Positions 36,875 to 49,516 of a stretch of 64,000 nucleotides of DNA are shown here, in pieces. The notes under the pieces were generated by a model. That model was given only the letters and a program-made list of their open reading frames with translations, had not been told where the DNA came from and ran no database searches. The stretch is from contig JBHGNT010000009.1 of assembly GCA_043228905.1 (NCBI GenBank), positions 20,894,001 through 20,958,000 of the forward strand, given 5' to 3'. A program made the translations under genes and the position numbers. The DNA comes from Azolla caroliniana. Taxonomy: Eukaryota; Plantae; Polypodiophyta. Numbering within the stretch: position 1 is the stretch's first letter; each line of letters begins with the position of its first letter.

Positions 36875-36929
36875 TTTTGCTGACCCCCCCATCCTCACTT
36901 CGGCAGAACCGGCCATCCGCGAAACTGCC

Positions 36930-39900
36930 ATGGTTCCTGGCCAAGGAATCGGGGAAAATGTGAGCTTGGGCTCCGAGATTTGCAGGGAAGATGAGAAAAC
37001 GCTGCGAGATATGGAAACTGAAACGCTAGAAGAAGCGGAGATGTGCACTGAGAGTGTACCGGATAGAGAAAGCGGGGCAACTGTTGGAGTAGAAACCCTA
37101 GAAAGAGCAGAGGATTGTTCTGAGAGCACAACTACGAAGACTGAGGTAACTATTGGAGAAGCAATCATTGAAGGAACACAGCTGTGCTCTAAGGCTGGAA
37201 CCGTGAGAGAATGTGCGGTCACTGTAGTAGTAAAAACATTAGAAGAACCGAGTATGTGGTCTGAGTCTAGAAATGTGAGAGACGGTGAGCTAAGTATGAG
37301 GGTAGAACCCACAGAAGTTGCAGAGATGTGTTCTGAGACTGAAACTGCGAGAGAAAGTGGGATATGCGTTGGAGCAGAAACCGGAAAAGGAGAGCAAATG
37401 TGTTCTGAGACTGAAACTGTGAGAGAAAGTGAGTTATGTGTAGGAGTAGAAACCCTACAAGTAGAACATATGCGTTCTGAGAAAGGAATTGTGAGAGAAA
37501 CTGAGTTAACCCCAGGTGGAAATCCCACTGTTGCATCTCCAGAGATACACTGTAGAGAGGAAAAAGGAGCTAACCAGGAAGAATGTGTAGGTTCAGTTGG
37601 TTTATCTAGGTGTGTTGCACAGCAGGTGGATGCCTTGTCTTCTGAGCAAGTTCTCATGGTCTCTGCAATTGACGCTTCTCAAGTCAATGTCCACAAGGAA
37701 GTATCTGTCGCTGTTGGGGAAAAAACAGAGGAAACCAGGAGAACTGCCGAACAGATTCCTCGTGATGACTCTGATCTAGTTGAAATGCAGGTCAATTCAA
37801 AAGTCACTATCGAGAGTAAAGGAACTGACAAAGAAGAATGTGCCGACCCAGTTGGTTTAGCTAAGCTCATCACAGAGCAAGCAGATAACTTGGCAACTGA
37901 AAAAGGGGCTATAGTCAACGGGAGCAATGCTTCACAAGTTAATATACACTTGGAAGTATGCATGAATGATGGGAAAAGAACAGATGGAACAAGATTAATT
38001 GCCCCATTGGTTCCACAAAATGATTTTGACGCTTCACAAATCAATAGATGCATGGACATAAGAGAGGAAACAAAAATAATTGGTCTATTGGATGGACAGA
38101 ACTTTGATTCTTCACAAATCAATACTGGGGAAGGAACGGAGGAGACAAACCTAATTGCTCCGTTGGTTTCACATAATGACTTTGATGCATCACAAGTCGA
38201 TAGAAACATGGGAATATGCACCGACATTGGGGAAAGAAAATTAGAAAGGGGAACAAATATCCTGCCCATTCAAAAAGATAACTTTGATGTGGTTAATATG
38301 GAGGTTGATTTAGAGATCCCTCTCACGAGAAAAGGTGATCTTGGAGTCATAGACGAGAATGAGGTCTCAAGGAGTAAAATTGAAGATGTACAAGCTGAAG
38401 CTCAATTTGTTGATGGTGAAACAAAGGCCATTGGGGCGTCATTGCTCCAGAAAGAAGCTATTGTGACAGAAGTTCATGCAGATCACTTAAATAGTGTATC
38501 TGACTCAGGAAACGAAAGAAATGAAAAAAGAAAGGATGAGATGCTGGAAGGAAAAATACCAGGAGGATTAAGTAATGAAAATCAAATGCAGGTTGAAATA
38601 CCACCAAATGCTTTGCTAACAGAGGAAACTGTCGAACAAGATCATAAACATAACACCCATGGTTTATCAGGGGGGGAAGATGAAGAGAAAACACAAACTT
38701 CTGGTTCTCAACGACAAGATAAATGCTTGTCTACCGACAGAGAAGAAATGACAGACTGTACAAAAGACCAACAGGATAGAAGATTGATAGTCAATGAAAT
38801 CTCAGAGAAAAGAGGTGCAGGAGAACCAACCTGTAATGTTGATTTTAAATTGCATGCAGAACATGGTTCTTGTGAACCATTGCTAGAAAAATCTAGTGCC
38901 CAACATGACCTCCTGCAGGTTCCAGAAGTAACAAATGGTTCAGTGAGTGAAATGGACTGGGAACGAGTCAGAATACCAGAACAAACTAATCAGCCAAATA
39001 CATTATTTGATGCTAATGTAGTCAGAACTAGTTCCGTCGTTCTTGCGGAAGGTGATAATGAAACAAACACTACTAATGACTGTCAAGTTTTGAGAAGGGA
39101 GTCACACTCAGAAGCAGATCAAAGACACGAGGAAGCAGTAGTTGAGGTAGAATCAGGGGATAAGATGTTCACGAAGAAAGAACCCATCAAAGAAGATTCT
39201 ATGGAAGCTGACAGACTGCCAGGAGTCAACAATGAGCTGCATAAAATTAACACTGATGCACTTGATACTGAAGAAGATGCAAAAAAACAAATCAAAGAGT
39301 TGGTACTGGCAAAAAATGAAGAGGAAAAGGGAAGAATGGATGATGCGAAATCTAGTTTTGCAGTCCACACTACAGGAAAAAGTTTTGTAGATGCAGATAT
39401 TACAGAAGGGGATGGAAAAATAAACTCAGAGAGAGAAGTAAATTGGCATTCCAACACTGATATGCAAGTACCAGTGCAATCAGAGGATTTGGTAACTGCC
39501 AAGGAATCTCCAAAAATTGAAGGAGAAGAAAAACTAGGCTTATCATCTGGACAACAAATTTGTGTCAATATTGTGCAGCAGGTTAAGACAGTTGATGATG
39601 TAAAAGATGGTGAAGGATCGATATCTAGCTCTTTTGAAAATCACAATATGCAATTGTCTGAAGGAAGGGTTGCAGAAGGCAAGGGGATTGATGGAGTTGC
39701 TAATATACTTGGAGATTTGAAGCATGAAAGAGCTGTTTTAGAAGAAGACAAGATGAGAATATCTGTACAGGGGAATATAGAAACTTCAGAAAAGGAAAAG
39801 TATGTGAGAACTGAGCTGGAGAAAGGTGAAATAACTGTTAAAGCCACTCAGAAGAGGAAGGCGTCGGAAAACCATGCTTCCTATAGTGGTGGCATTATGA

Positions 39901-41459
39901 ATGGCCCGAACCAAGCTGAAATATCTGTAAAGAAAGCGAAGAAAAAACCCGTTAATGTATGGGCTAAATCATCAACATCGAGGAAAGGTAGTAAGAAGAA
40001 CAATAAGAATGTGGTGCAACCAAATGTTGCCAAGGAAGATGCGGTCTTTTTGACTCCTGTATTCGTCAATCAAGATAAGCTAGAGGATGGACCTGATCAA
40101 CCAATTGCTTTATCAAAAACTGATAAAGCCGAAAAGATTGAATTAAGCGAGAATAGATTGAGTGCAAGTAGTACCAAAGGTTATAGGATGGTTCGTGCAA
40201 CTCGTGGTGTCCAAGAGGGGACATGGTACTTTGAAATACTCATCGAACAATTAGGACCGACAGGACACACAAGACTTGGATGGTCAACGCAAAAAGGGGA
40301 TGTGCAAGCTCCTGTTGGCTTTGATAGCAATAGCTATGGATATAGAGACATAGATGGTTCGAAAGTTCATGTGGCAATACGAGAAACCTATGGTGATCCA
40401 TATTTAGAAGGTGACGTGATTGGTTTTTATATCCACTTGCCAAATGGTACTGAATTTGCTCCAAAACCAGCATCTTTAGTATCTTATCGGGGTCGGCCAT
40501 ACCTTTCAGAGACAAAAGATGAGCATCCCAAAAAAGTTCCAGGTATGCTCCGTTCATTCATGTTTGGATTTCCACTATGTTGCTTCATTGTACTATTCCA
40601 TGTGTATTGTGGATGCATGCCTGGCTAAATATCTTCAGTGGTGCACTCGCGTGTGAATGTAATTATTCTGAACATGTTGATGTGACCTGCAAGTGTAGAA
40701 TGTGGATGCTTGATATTTCGCTTCACAGTTTTGACCAAAGATCCACTATACCTCTTTAGCGTCGAATGTCACTTATTAGCTATACCTCTGCTCACAATAG
40801 GTTTTTGCTTTTCTATTTTCTTCTCTTAGTTTTTTTCTTGCAAATAGTTGCCTCTTTATTTGCTAATTTAAAGAGTCGTTACTCCACCTCATTCTAACTC
40901 ATTTAAAAAATCATATCTATCTATATGCAAGGGGAGAGCGTGTTTGTCAGCCTATAGGACATCCAAACCAGTAAAATAAAAAGAAACGTCCATGTACATT
41001 TCTGAGATATGATCAATATCATTGCAACTTTCTTATTGCTAGCCTCTCCATCAACAATAACTACTGGAAATCTAAAATCTGTGAAAAGGGAAGGATTACA
41101 TTAGCTAATCGTGAAAGGAATTTTTAACTTATTGTGCAGGGAGTGAAATCTGCTTTTTCCGCAATGGGGTATGTCAAGGTACTGCATTTAAAGATGTCAA
41201 TGGAGGCAGATACTTCCCAGCAGCTTCTATGTACACAATGCCAAAAGAACCCAGTTGCACTGTGAAATTCAATTTCGGACCCAAATTTCAATATCCACCA
41301 GACAATATTGGTACACGACCTCCCCCTATGGCTATGTGTTTTGCACCATACCATAATGGTATGGGTGGCAAAGAGTCGAGAGCTGTATCCTCGGTGAATG
41401 ATTCTAGTCCTGTAACCTCTATGCAAAATCGTGAACCTCATATTTATGGCACAATATAA
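36930..41459 (+). CDS. TRO: TRAUCO/ASH2R (ASH2L SPRY subunit of the COMPASS H3K4 methyltransferase complex); exons 36930-40542 and 41140-41459, ~1310 aa
   Basis: [43 protein letters not shown]...GHTRLGWS...QAPVGFD...; a phase-1 GT-AG intron joins to [14 protein letters not shown]...YFPAASMYT...VKFNFGP. Confidence 0.93.
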
Positions 41460-43003
41460 AATGAATTTTTTTTTGAAGTAGTTTTTAACATCCTGATCAT
41501 CGTGGCAAAAGGCTGTGGATGAACTTAGATTCAGAGTTTAATGACTTGGCTTGAACACTTGATTCTTAACAAAAAATTGTGTAAATTCACTGATAGATCC
41601 ATAAATATTTTAGCTTGAAGATTTTTGTTTCCTAATCGTTTCTCAGCGTTGGGTGTCTCAACTTTCCCATCCCTTGTTGCCTACATGTATAACTATATCC
41701 TTCCATAATAACATCAGTGTTCGTCAGGAACTCCCATTAGCCTGGGATTATATATATTCATATTGCATCTAATTGCAAGCTATTTGTATAGCTGATTTCA
41801 ACGTCGGACGAGACAATGTATGGACTGAAAAAATCTGAATGTTTCAAATGCAAAATCTATTATTTTTGGAAGATGGTGTAAACATTTTGTCAAGATTCTC
41901 GAAAAGTTTGTTTGTATTGTAAGTTAGTTGTTTGATATGTTAGTGAGACAAATGTTTGGTCTGAAAATTCCAAATCTTACATGTTGTAAATATTTTTCTT
42001 CTTAGCTTTTTATTTTGCTTGTTGGAAAGACAACATTGAAATATTAAAGTAATGATATGAAGCATCATGAATATGACAATTTATGCTAGAGCCTAGAGAT
42101 ACACAAATCTCAACCCTTTAAACATGATAGGGGTATTTTGGTGGAGACACTCATTCTTTATAAGCATGACAATTTTGGGATTGTGAATAACTAGGGTACG
42201 GATCATAGAATGTATGAAGTTGGATTGGGCATGCATATTATTTATCACGTTATCTTTGATGCATATTGTTTAGGGACAAACTTTGACATTGAGGATGTGC
42301 ACGATCTTGTAATGTCTTGTGAGCAATGGTGAATACAATGCAACACTGATAAGACTTTGGAATAAATATATCGCCATATGAACTTGGGACAAAATGAGGA
42401 ATGGTCGATGTTCATCCTGAAGGCCTAGAATGGAAATCAATGATACATCTCATGAATAAAGTCTAATGTGGACCTTGTTGGGTTTCCATGTGACAATTAT
42501 TAAGATCTAGAATCACATTATATACACGTCTTGGATAGATTTGTTTGAATCATAGTAACTTATCAACGCTGACGAAAATTTTGGTAATTGTTGGATGAAT
42601 GTGCAATAAAACACAAACAACAATGCAATCATAAAGGGGACGTATAGTTGTAGGTCATACTTGACTTTTACTTGGTCATCTGGGAATGTAGCCAAACGTA
42701 GTAAAGAGTAAAATTTTATGAGGCAACATGGATATGACCTATTATCTTGGCTCTAGCTTTGGCTTTGGTAGGGCACATCTTGGTGGGTCAATTATTTGAA
42801 TGAGAAGGGAAAGACAAACAAAAAGAAAAAGGGGGTTCTCATGCATTCCCTAACAATATGCTCGTTGGTCTAGAAGTTACTTGCTCGAGATGTTGATATG
42901 GTGCATGTTGTAAGATACATTATTCTTGCTCACCTATCTCTATTATGTATGAGTTGCATGTGTAGTGGTTTTATTCACAAGTGCCTAGGCCATATGCCGA
43001 TCC

Positions 43004-43580
43004 TTTCGTAGCAAAGCACCAAATTGATGTCTTTCAATATGATTCCAGGACAAATATGAACCCAAGTATATACGCATTGTGCTCATGGAGGGGTGTTTGG
43101 TCATACGTCACTATTGGTGTCTTCCAATATGACCCCAAGCCTAATAGGATCCCAGACTAATATGAACATAGATATCTATGTAATGTTTTCGTTCACTGGT
43201 ATATGGGTCATACGTCACTATCGATGTCTTCCAATAGGACCCCAAGACTAATATGATCCCTGACTAATATGAACATAGTTATATACATAGTGTTCTCATT
43301 CATGGGTGTCTGGGTCGTACGCCACTATTGGTGTCTTCCAATATGACCTCAAGACTAATACGATCCCCGACTAGTATGAACACATATATCTACGTTCACG
43401 GGTGTCTGGGTCATATGTCACTATTGATGTCTTCTAATATGACCCCAAGAATGATACGATCCTAGGTAGACTAATATGAACCCAGATATCTATGTAGTGT
43501 TTTCGTTCATTGGTGTCTCAGTAAGTCTAGGGTTGTACGGCACGAGCTTTCGGTAGTGCAAAGCACCAAATTGATGTCTC
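43004..43580. repeat. Diverged tandem repeat, ~5 units of ~100-107 bp
   Basis: Recurring GGTCATACGTCACTATTGGTGTCTTCCAATATGACCCCAAG...GACTAATATGAAC; bounded by the direct repeat GCAAAGCACCAAATTGATGTCT. Confidence 0.85.
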
Positions 43581-43949
43581 TTTCATCAACAAGACTGTCT
43601 TGGACTCTGATAAATTGATATGCACCAAATGTGGGGAGAGGCTTAGACAACCAACATTGTTAAAATTCTTTTGGGGGAGCATTATTAGGGTTCATGCAAA
43701 GAAAGAGGGCCCACAAATTCCTCAAAAAGGAAACTGTGAGATTCTCAAATATTACTAAATTTAGCACATGCTCCCCCCACATTTGTCCATGTGTCAGTAC
43801 CAAGTGAAGCTTACATAAATATATGAAGATTTTTTTTATTTTTTTTTTAAAAACAAATTTGTATGAAAGAAGATTAAAATTCTTCATAATATTTTATTTT
43901 GCCAATACAATTTCTCCCCTGTTTTGTTTTAGCCTTCCTTTAATCAGTA

Positions 43950-44260
43950 GCATAATTAAGCAAACCCGTCATAATTAATCTTTGATTAAGAAAAACTTCC
44001 CGCCATTAATCAGCTGATTATGAAAACTTGCGGTCATTAATCCCCTTATCAAGATCCCTCATTAAGAAAACCCACTATCATCTTAATCCAAATCCCACCT
44101 ATATTAATCCCCTGATCAAGAGAACTCATCTCCCTTAATCCCCTGAATGAGAGTTTTCATCTCCCTTAATCCCCTGAATGAGAAAACCTAACTCCATTAA
44201 TCATCTGCCTAATAAAACCCACCTCCGTTAATCACTGGTTAAGAAAACCCTCTTTAATAC
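43950..44260. repeat. Degenerate ~31-bp tandem repeat upstream of the 44309 gene
   Basis: Recurring TTAATCCCCTGA(A/T)..AGAAAAC. Confidence 0.65.
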
Positions 44261-44308
44261 TCCTCTATTTCTTGAAAACCTTTGGTCTTTGCATGATTGA
44301 TAGCATTA

Positions 44309-45574
44309 ATGGAAGGTACTAGTGCTACATTAATCACGGATTATATTTCTCCCAGTGCCAATGGAAGGAGGAGGAGACGAAGAAGAAACAATAATATGAG
44401 TAATTCGAGGTCATGGTGGATATTTTCTTGCAGTCTGATCCTCATGTCCTTTACTCTCCCATTTTTCATACCTTTCTTCTTCTTGGCTTCCTGCCTTGGC
44501 CTCCTCCTCTTGATGCCTTTGGGCTCTGCTTTTGTTCTGATTTTCCTCTCATGGCACAAGCTAATTCAAGTAATCATGCAAACATCATCACCAGGTCAAT
44601 ATGACCAGTCTTTTTATGAGCCCATCAAAGAAGGTATGCCTCTTCATTTAATGATATTTTTAGTGTATTTGATTGTAGTTGGCCTATTTAAATAAATCAA
44701 TGATTCAATAAGTGCTCTGTTTCTTGATGTTAAGATTGAACTTTGGAAGGGTTAATTCAACTTTAATTAACAGTAGATCTATTAATTTCAATAACCACTG
44801 CAGAATGAGCCATTTTCAGGCATAAACACTGCTTGTTGATGTTGCTATTTGTTTGTGATGAGTAAATTTTGCTATGGTGTAATTTTATTTTATTTTCTGA
44901 AAGATGTTCTGATTTTATTTAATTGTGTCGGTGGGTTAGGTTTAAAATAATAAATTCAAAAGTCATATTTGTTTTTTTTTATTTTTCTGCCCTTCTAGCT
45001 TTGGTTTCTCAACTAGCCAGGATTGCTGAATGGGCAGAGCAGAAGACAGGCCATATGCTATATATCGCTGGCCCTGATAATTTTGATCAGTATATGATGA
45101 ATCGTCCCCTTGATGGTGATGGTGATGGTGATGGTGATGGTGATGGTGATGGTGATGGTGATGGTTCTGAGAGTTATGTTAGCACAGAATATTGTCATGG
45201 TGAAAAAAATGGTAGCAGAAGAATGGTATCAGAGAACAGAAATAACCGCATGGGATTGAAAAGCCGAGATAATCATATGATATCAAAAAGAAGACGAAAC
45301 TTTGGCAAAGATATGATGATAGGTAATCATACAACAGATCGTGATGAGAATGCTTTAGTATGTCATGATGGTCATGGTGACGACGTTATGTATTGGTATA
45401 ACCCTCTTGGGAGCATCTTCAACTCAAGAGAGCAATACCTAAATGGTAATGTCTCGGAAGAGAATGTTGCAGAATATGATGGTACTCATGAATCTGATGA
45501 TGATGCCTTATATCTAGACAATGAAAATCTGAGAACAGTATCTAGTTTAATGATTCAGAAGATTAACGATCATA

Positions 45575-45611
<37 letters not shown>

Positions 45612-47507
45612 CGATGACCAGAAGAAGCTTTATATTCAGGATTTATATGATGCATCCAGTAATCCGAGTAACTATGTTGGTGATAATGGTGGTGCTGGCG
45701 ATGTCGATGGCATTAGCTATATATTAGATCCTCAGAGGAGTAAAAGTTTATGTAGAAGAAGAATAAATGGTGCTCATCATGACCCAAAGCATGAGCTTCT
45801 GAATACTTCTAGGGTTTTCAATCAAATGAGCAACTGTAATGTTGTAGAAGAGAAGCATGAGATTCTGTCTTATCCTTCAGTGGCTTGCAGCAAGGATATA
45901 AAATTTAGAGAGCATGTCAAGAATGTAAGGCATAAGCCTGAAACTGAGTCAAGTCTAGACCATGATAATGCATTGGCTATAATGGATAGATCAGTAAAAC
46001 CCTCTACTGTAAAATTAGACTACAAAAATTGCATGAATAAGCCCTTACATTCACCATCAAGTCATAGTGCCACACAGAAATCAACTCGAAGTGCCGAATC
46101 AAATGAGAGCTACAAGAAAGCCCCAATACTATCAGCTCCAGAGTCATCGTCATGTTCGTTTTCATCGAACGGATCTCCATCTCCTAATTCAAGACCGACA
46201 TTGATGAAAACCATGGTATCAGCTTCAAGGGATTTAAGTCTGTCAAATCCTAGGAAGCAATCTCCAATTGACATAAATCTATCCAAACCAACTGCTAAAC
46301 TAAATGTGAATAATAATATCAAGGCAAGAAATATCAGTAAAAGCCCTTGTAGGAGTTATTCACAGAGTACAGTTAGAAAAGAAACTAATAATAGGAATGT
46401 TGTGGATATGAGGCGGGAACTATTCCCTACAAAGGATACAAGTAATGGTAGTACCAGAGCTAGCACTAGCTATCATAATAATGGTTCACTAGAGGAGCAT
46501 ATATTGAAGAGTTCGAATCGATCGAGTAAATATAAGAATGTTGATATGATGCAAGAATTCCCTACAAACGATGCGAGCTATAGTATCGCTAGAGTTAGCC
46601 CTAGCTATCAGAATAAGTGTTTGCCAGAGGAGCATATTGAAAAGAGTCCTAATTGTTCGAGTAATTCTATTATGAAACACACTGGTAGAGCTTCTAATAC
46701 TAGCACAAATGAATCGGCCTCAACTTGTAATATGCCACTAAAGTATCGTGGCAAATGCCTGATGTGTAATAAGAATACAACCAACAAGTCTACGCAAGCG
46801 TTTGGTCGATCAACGACATCATCATCACTCGCTGGCCAAGCCAATACAATTGGTACAAAGAAAAGTTTATCGATTATATCATCGATAGGTGAAAGTGATA
46901 ACTTTACCAAGAATATCCTCGAAAGTACTAGTCGTAACCACATGCACACGTTGGGCATTAAGAGGGTATCAGCCTCTCATTCACCCCATGTAGGGTTTCA
47001 TCAGGCAGAAGAGCCCGAGTTAATGCCTGATGAACATCAGGATGTGAAATCATCGTCCGCATGTATTGGCAATTCCAGTTCAGAAGATGTGTTAAATCCT
47101 TGTACATCGAAATTAGAGGAAGAGCTAAAGCGGAGGTATGCATCATCCTTGTCATCGAAGATATCTACTTCGGAGCTGGAAGAAGTATGGAGGCGAATTG
47201 TAGTTCAACACGGTGGCAACCTTAGTAAGCATGGTAACTCTCAATTGAATGATCCCAACACTATGGATGATCTCGGGTGTGCCTGTAGCACCAATGGTAG
47301 GACATTTTTTGGACCATTGGAGGTAATCTTAAACACTTAAAATGATGTTTTAGCTATCAGATTGGATATACACTGTTTTGTCAACATACATTACTAACAG
47401 CACAACACCAGTTTTTTCAGCTTCTTGAATTTTGGAGGACCGCGGATCATCAACAAGCTTCTTTTCGGAGGAGGACATCACAATCTCCAAGCACCCAAGA
47501 TGTATAA
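44309..47507 (+). CDS. Uncharacterised ~910-aa protein with a hydrophobic N-terminal segment and a long low-complexity body; exons 44309-44633, 44999-47322, 47421-47507
   Basis: Long ORF with phase-compatible GT-AG junctions; ~45-aa hydrophobic stretch; in-frame (GD)n and poly-D repeats; possible 3' UTR intron 47517-47833. Confidence 0.7.
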
Positions 47508-48149
47508 GCAAACTAGGTATTATTCCATTTTAGTTATTGTAGAAATTTGACCTTTCCTTTTTTAAGGAAACATCTCACATGGTCATTGATTGTTGATATG
47601 GTCATTTGTTTTTCAAGCACAATAACTGAGCAGATGTTGTATGGTGGTTTCACTGTACATGATGGAATGTCTGATTAAAATGGTGCATGTGTGCTTGGTC
47701 AAAACACATAGATTTGTTCGCTGTCATTTTGTTTTCTTCATCTTTATAAATTTCATTTAGATATTATTCTTTGTTGTAAAGAGTCATGCCAAATCTGGGC
47801 ATGAATTTTATTTGATTGAACTCTCTTTGACAGGTTTTTGCCAACATTTAAAAGCCTGAATGGAGAGGCTTTAGAGAGATGAAGGATTCACAATTCTCCT
47901 CCGCTGCATTTTTTAGCATGTTTTGGATTTGTGTGTGAGCGCATTGTAGACACACAAAGCCTCTTACATAAATTTGGGAAATGTAACCACTTATCACATA
48001 AATCTCGATGGTATCTTTGTGAATTTGTGTATATTGTAGGCTTGGGATGATAGTCTCTGTTTAGATTAGAAGAGCTGAAATTACACATCTATGCACATTC
48101 CTCATGTGCATATCCGGATAAACTGAGTGTAGGATGGATTGTTTATACA

Positions 48150-48295
48150 TTTTGATGGATTTATGAGTGTCATGTTCAGCACATTGGATGAATTCTGATG
48201 AAATACATTGAATGTAATGTTTTTGATGGATTTGTGAGTGTCATGTTCAGCACATTGGACGAATTCTGATGAAATCCATTGAATGTACTGTTTTT
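48150..48295. repeat. 2 x ~71-bp tandem duplication (further ~80-bp duplications at ~48470-48630 and ~48710-48870)
   Basis: TTTTGATGGATTT(A/G)TGAGTGTCATGTTCAGCACATTGG occurs twice. Confidence 0.8.
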
Positions 48296-49516
48296 TGTTG
48301 GGTCACTGATAAACCAGAGTTTCATTCTCACGTTTTCAAAAGCACCAATTTCTTAGAAATAATTTGTTGAGAAAGTAATCACCATAATTGTCCTTCAAAT
48401 TTTTTCGTGATTCATTATAAAGGAGAAAAGCCTTTCCAACTTAGAGAACCAACCATAAAACGTCTGTACACAACACATCTATAATACGCATGAGTTTGTA
48501 GGAAGTGAAGTGTTTAGAATTATTTCTTGAAATACTGAAATTCATGTCTTAAACACATCCATAATATGCAGGATTTTGTGGGAAGTGATACGTTAAGAAC
48601 TCTTTCTTGAAATTCTTAAATTCATGCCTTATTACTATGTTAAAATAAAACTAAAATTTCTCTAACCATTGGTATAACTAAGCGAACCTAAATGATGGGT
48701 CTGGAAATACAGGTAATAGCAAATGAGAAAACCATGAAGACTAAGCTGACATACATATGAGAGAAGAAGAGAATATCGCATTCTAGAAACTACAAGTTCT
48801 ATAGCAAATGAAAAACCATGAGCTTACTAAAGTAGACTGTACATGAGACATGGAGAAGAGAATATCACATTGAAATCTACAACAGCATCATTGACTCTTG
48901 ACATTGTTTTGGTAGCAAGTGTTGGTAGCAAGGCAATTACCTTCAACAGCTGGAGCATATCAGATTAGAGTACTAACAAATAAAAATGATAGTTGTGCTC
49001 GAAAGCAGCTTTTGTACAAATCTTGCAAGGAAATGGGTTTTGGGAGCTTGAAAATATGTAAAAGCCCAACATCTTCGGAACTAAGCAAAATATTAGGGAT
49101 ATCAAAGTATGTATGTAGAGATCAAATGCCTTCAATAGAAGCAGCTAGCCGCACTATTGGAAGTAGATGGAAAGTTTCACACGTGTCAGTCTCAATTTGT
49201 GAGTGAATCATTCAATTCTACATGCCAATAGATCGATTACTTGCTTCAAAACTTTCTGTTGATGACAATATTTCCAATTATCATTTCAAGTTTATTACTA
49301 TGGAGTCACAACTTGGATTCATCTAAAATCCAGCACTGGAGTAGCATTCTTCCCTCTCCATACTACATACTATAAAAGTTACATCCATAGATGGAGCATG
49401 TACATAAATGGGTAGAATTCAAGAAAAAAATTATTTCTTCCAATGAACCAAGTAAATATAATTTTCTATTTTAAATCTCAAATATCATAGAAGATTTAGT
49501 AAGTACAGTGATGATT

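Noticed and set aside
36821-37657. 278-aa antisense ORF over TRAUCO
   Set aside because: Shadow of the repetitive Glu/Thr-rich sense frame; no recognisable motif.
40543-40628. C-terminus of the 1232-aa ORF
   Set aside because: Read-through into the intron; the conserved SPRY sequence continues at 41140.
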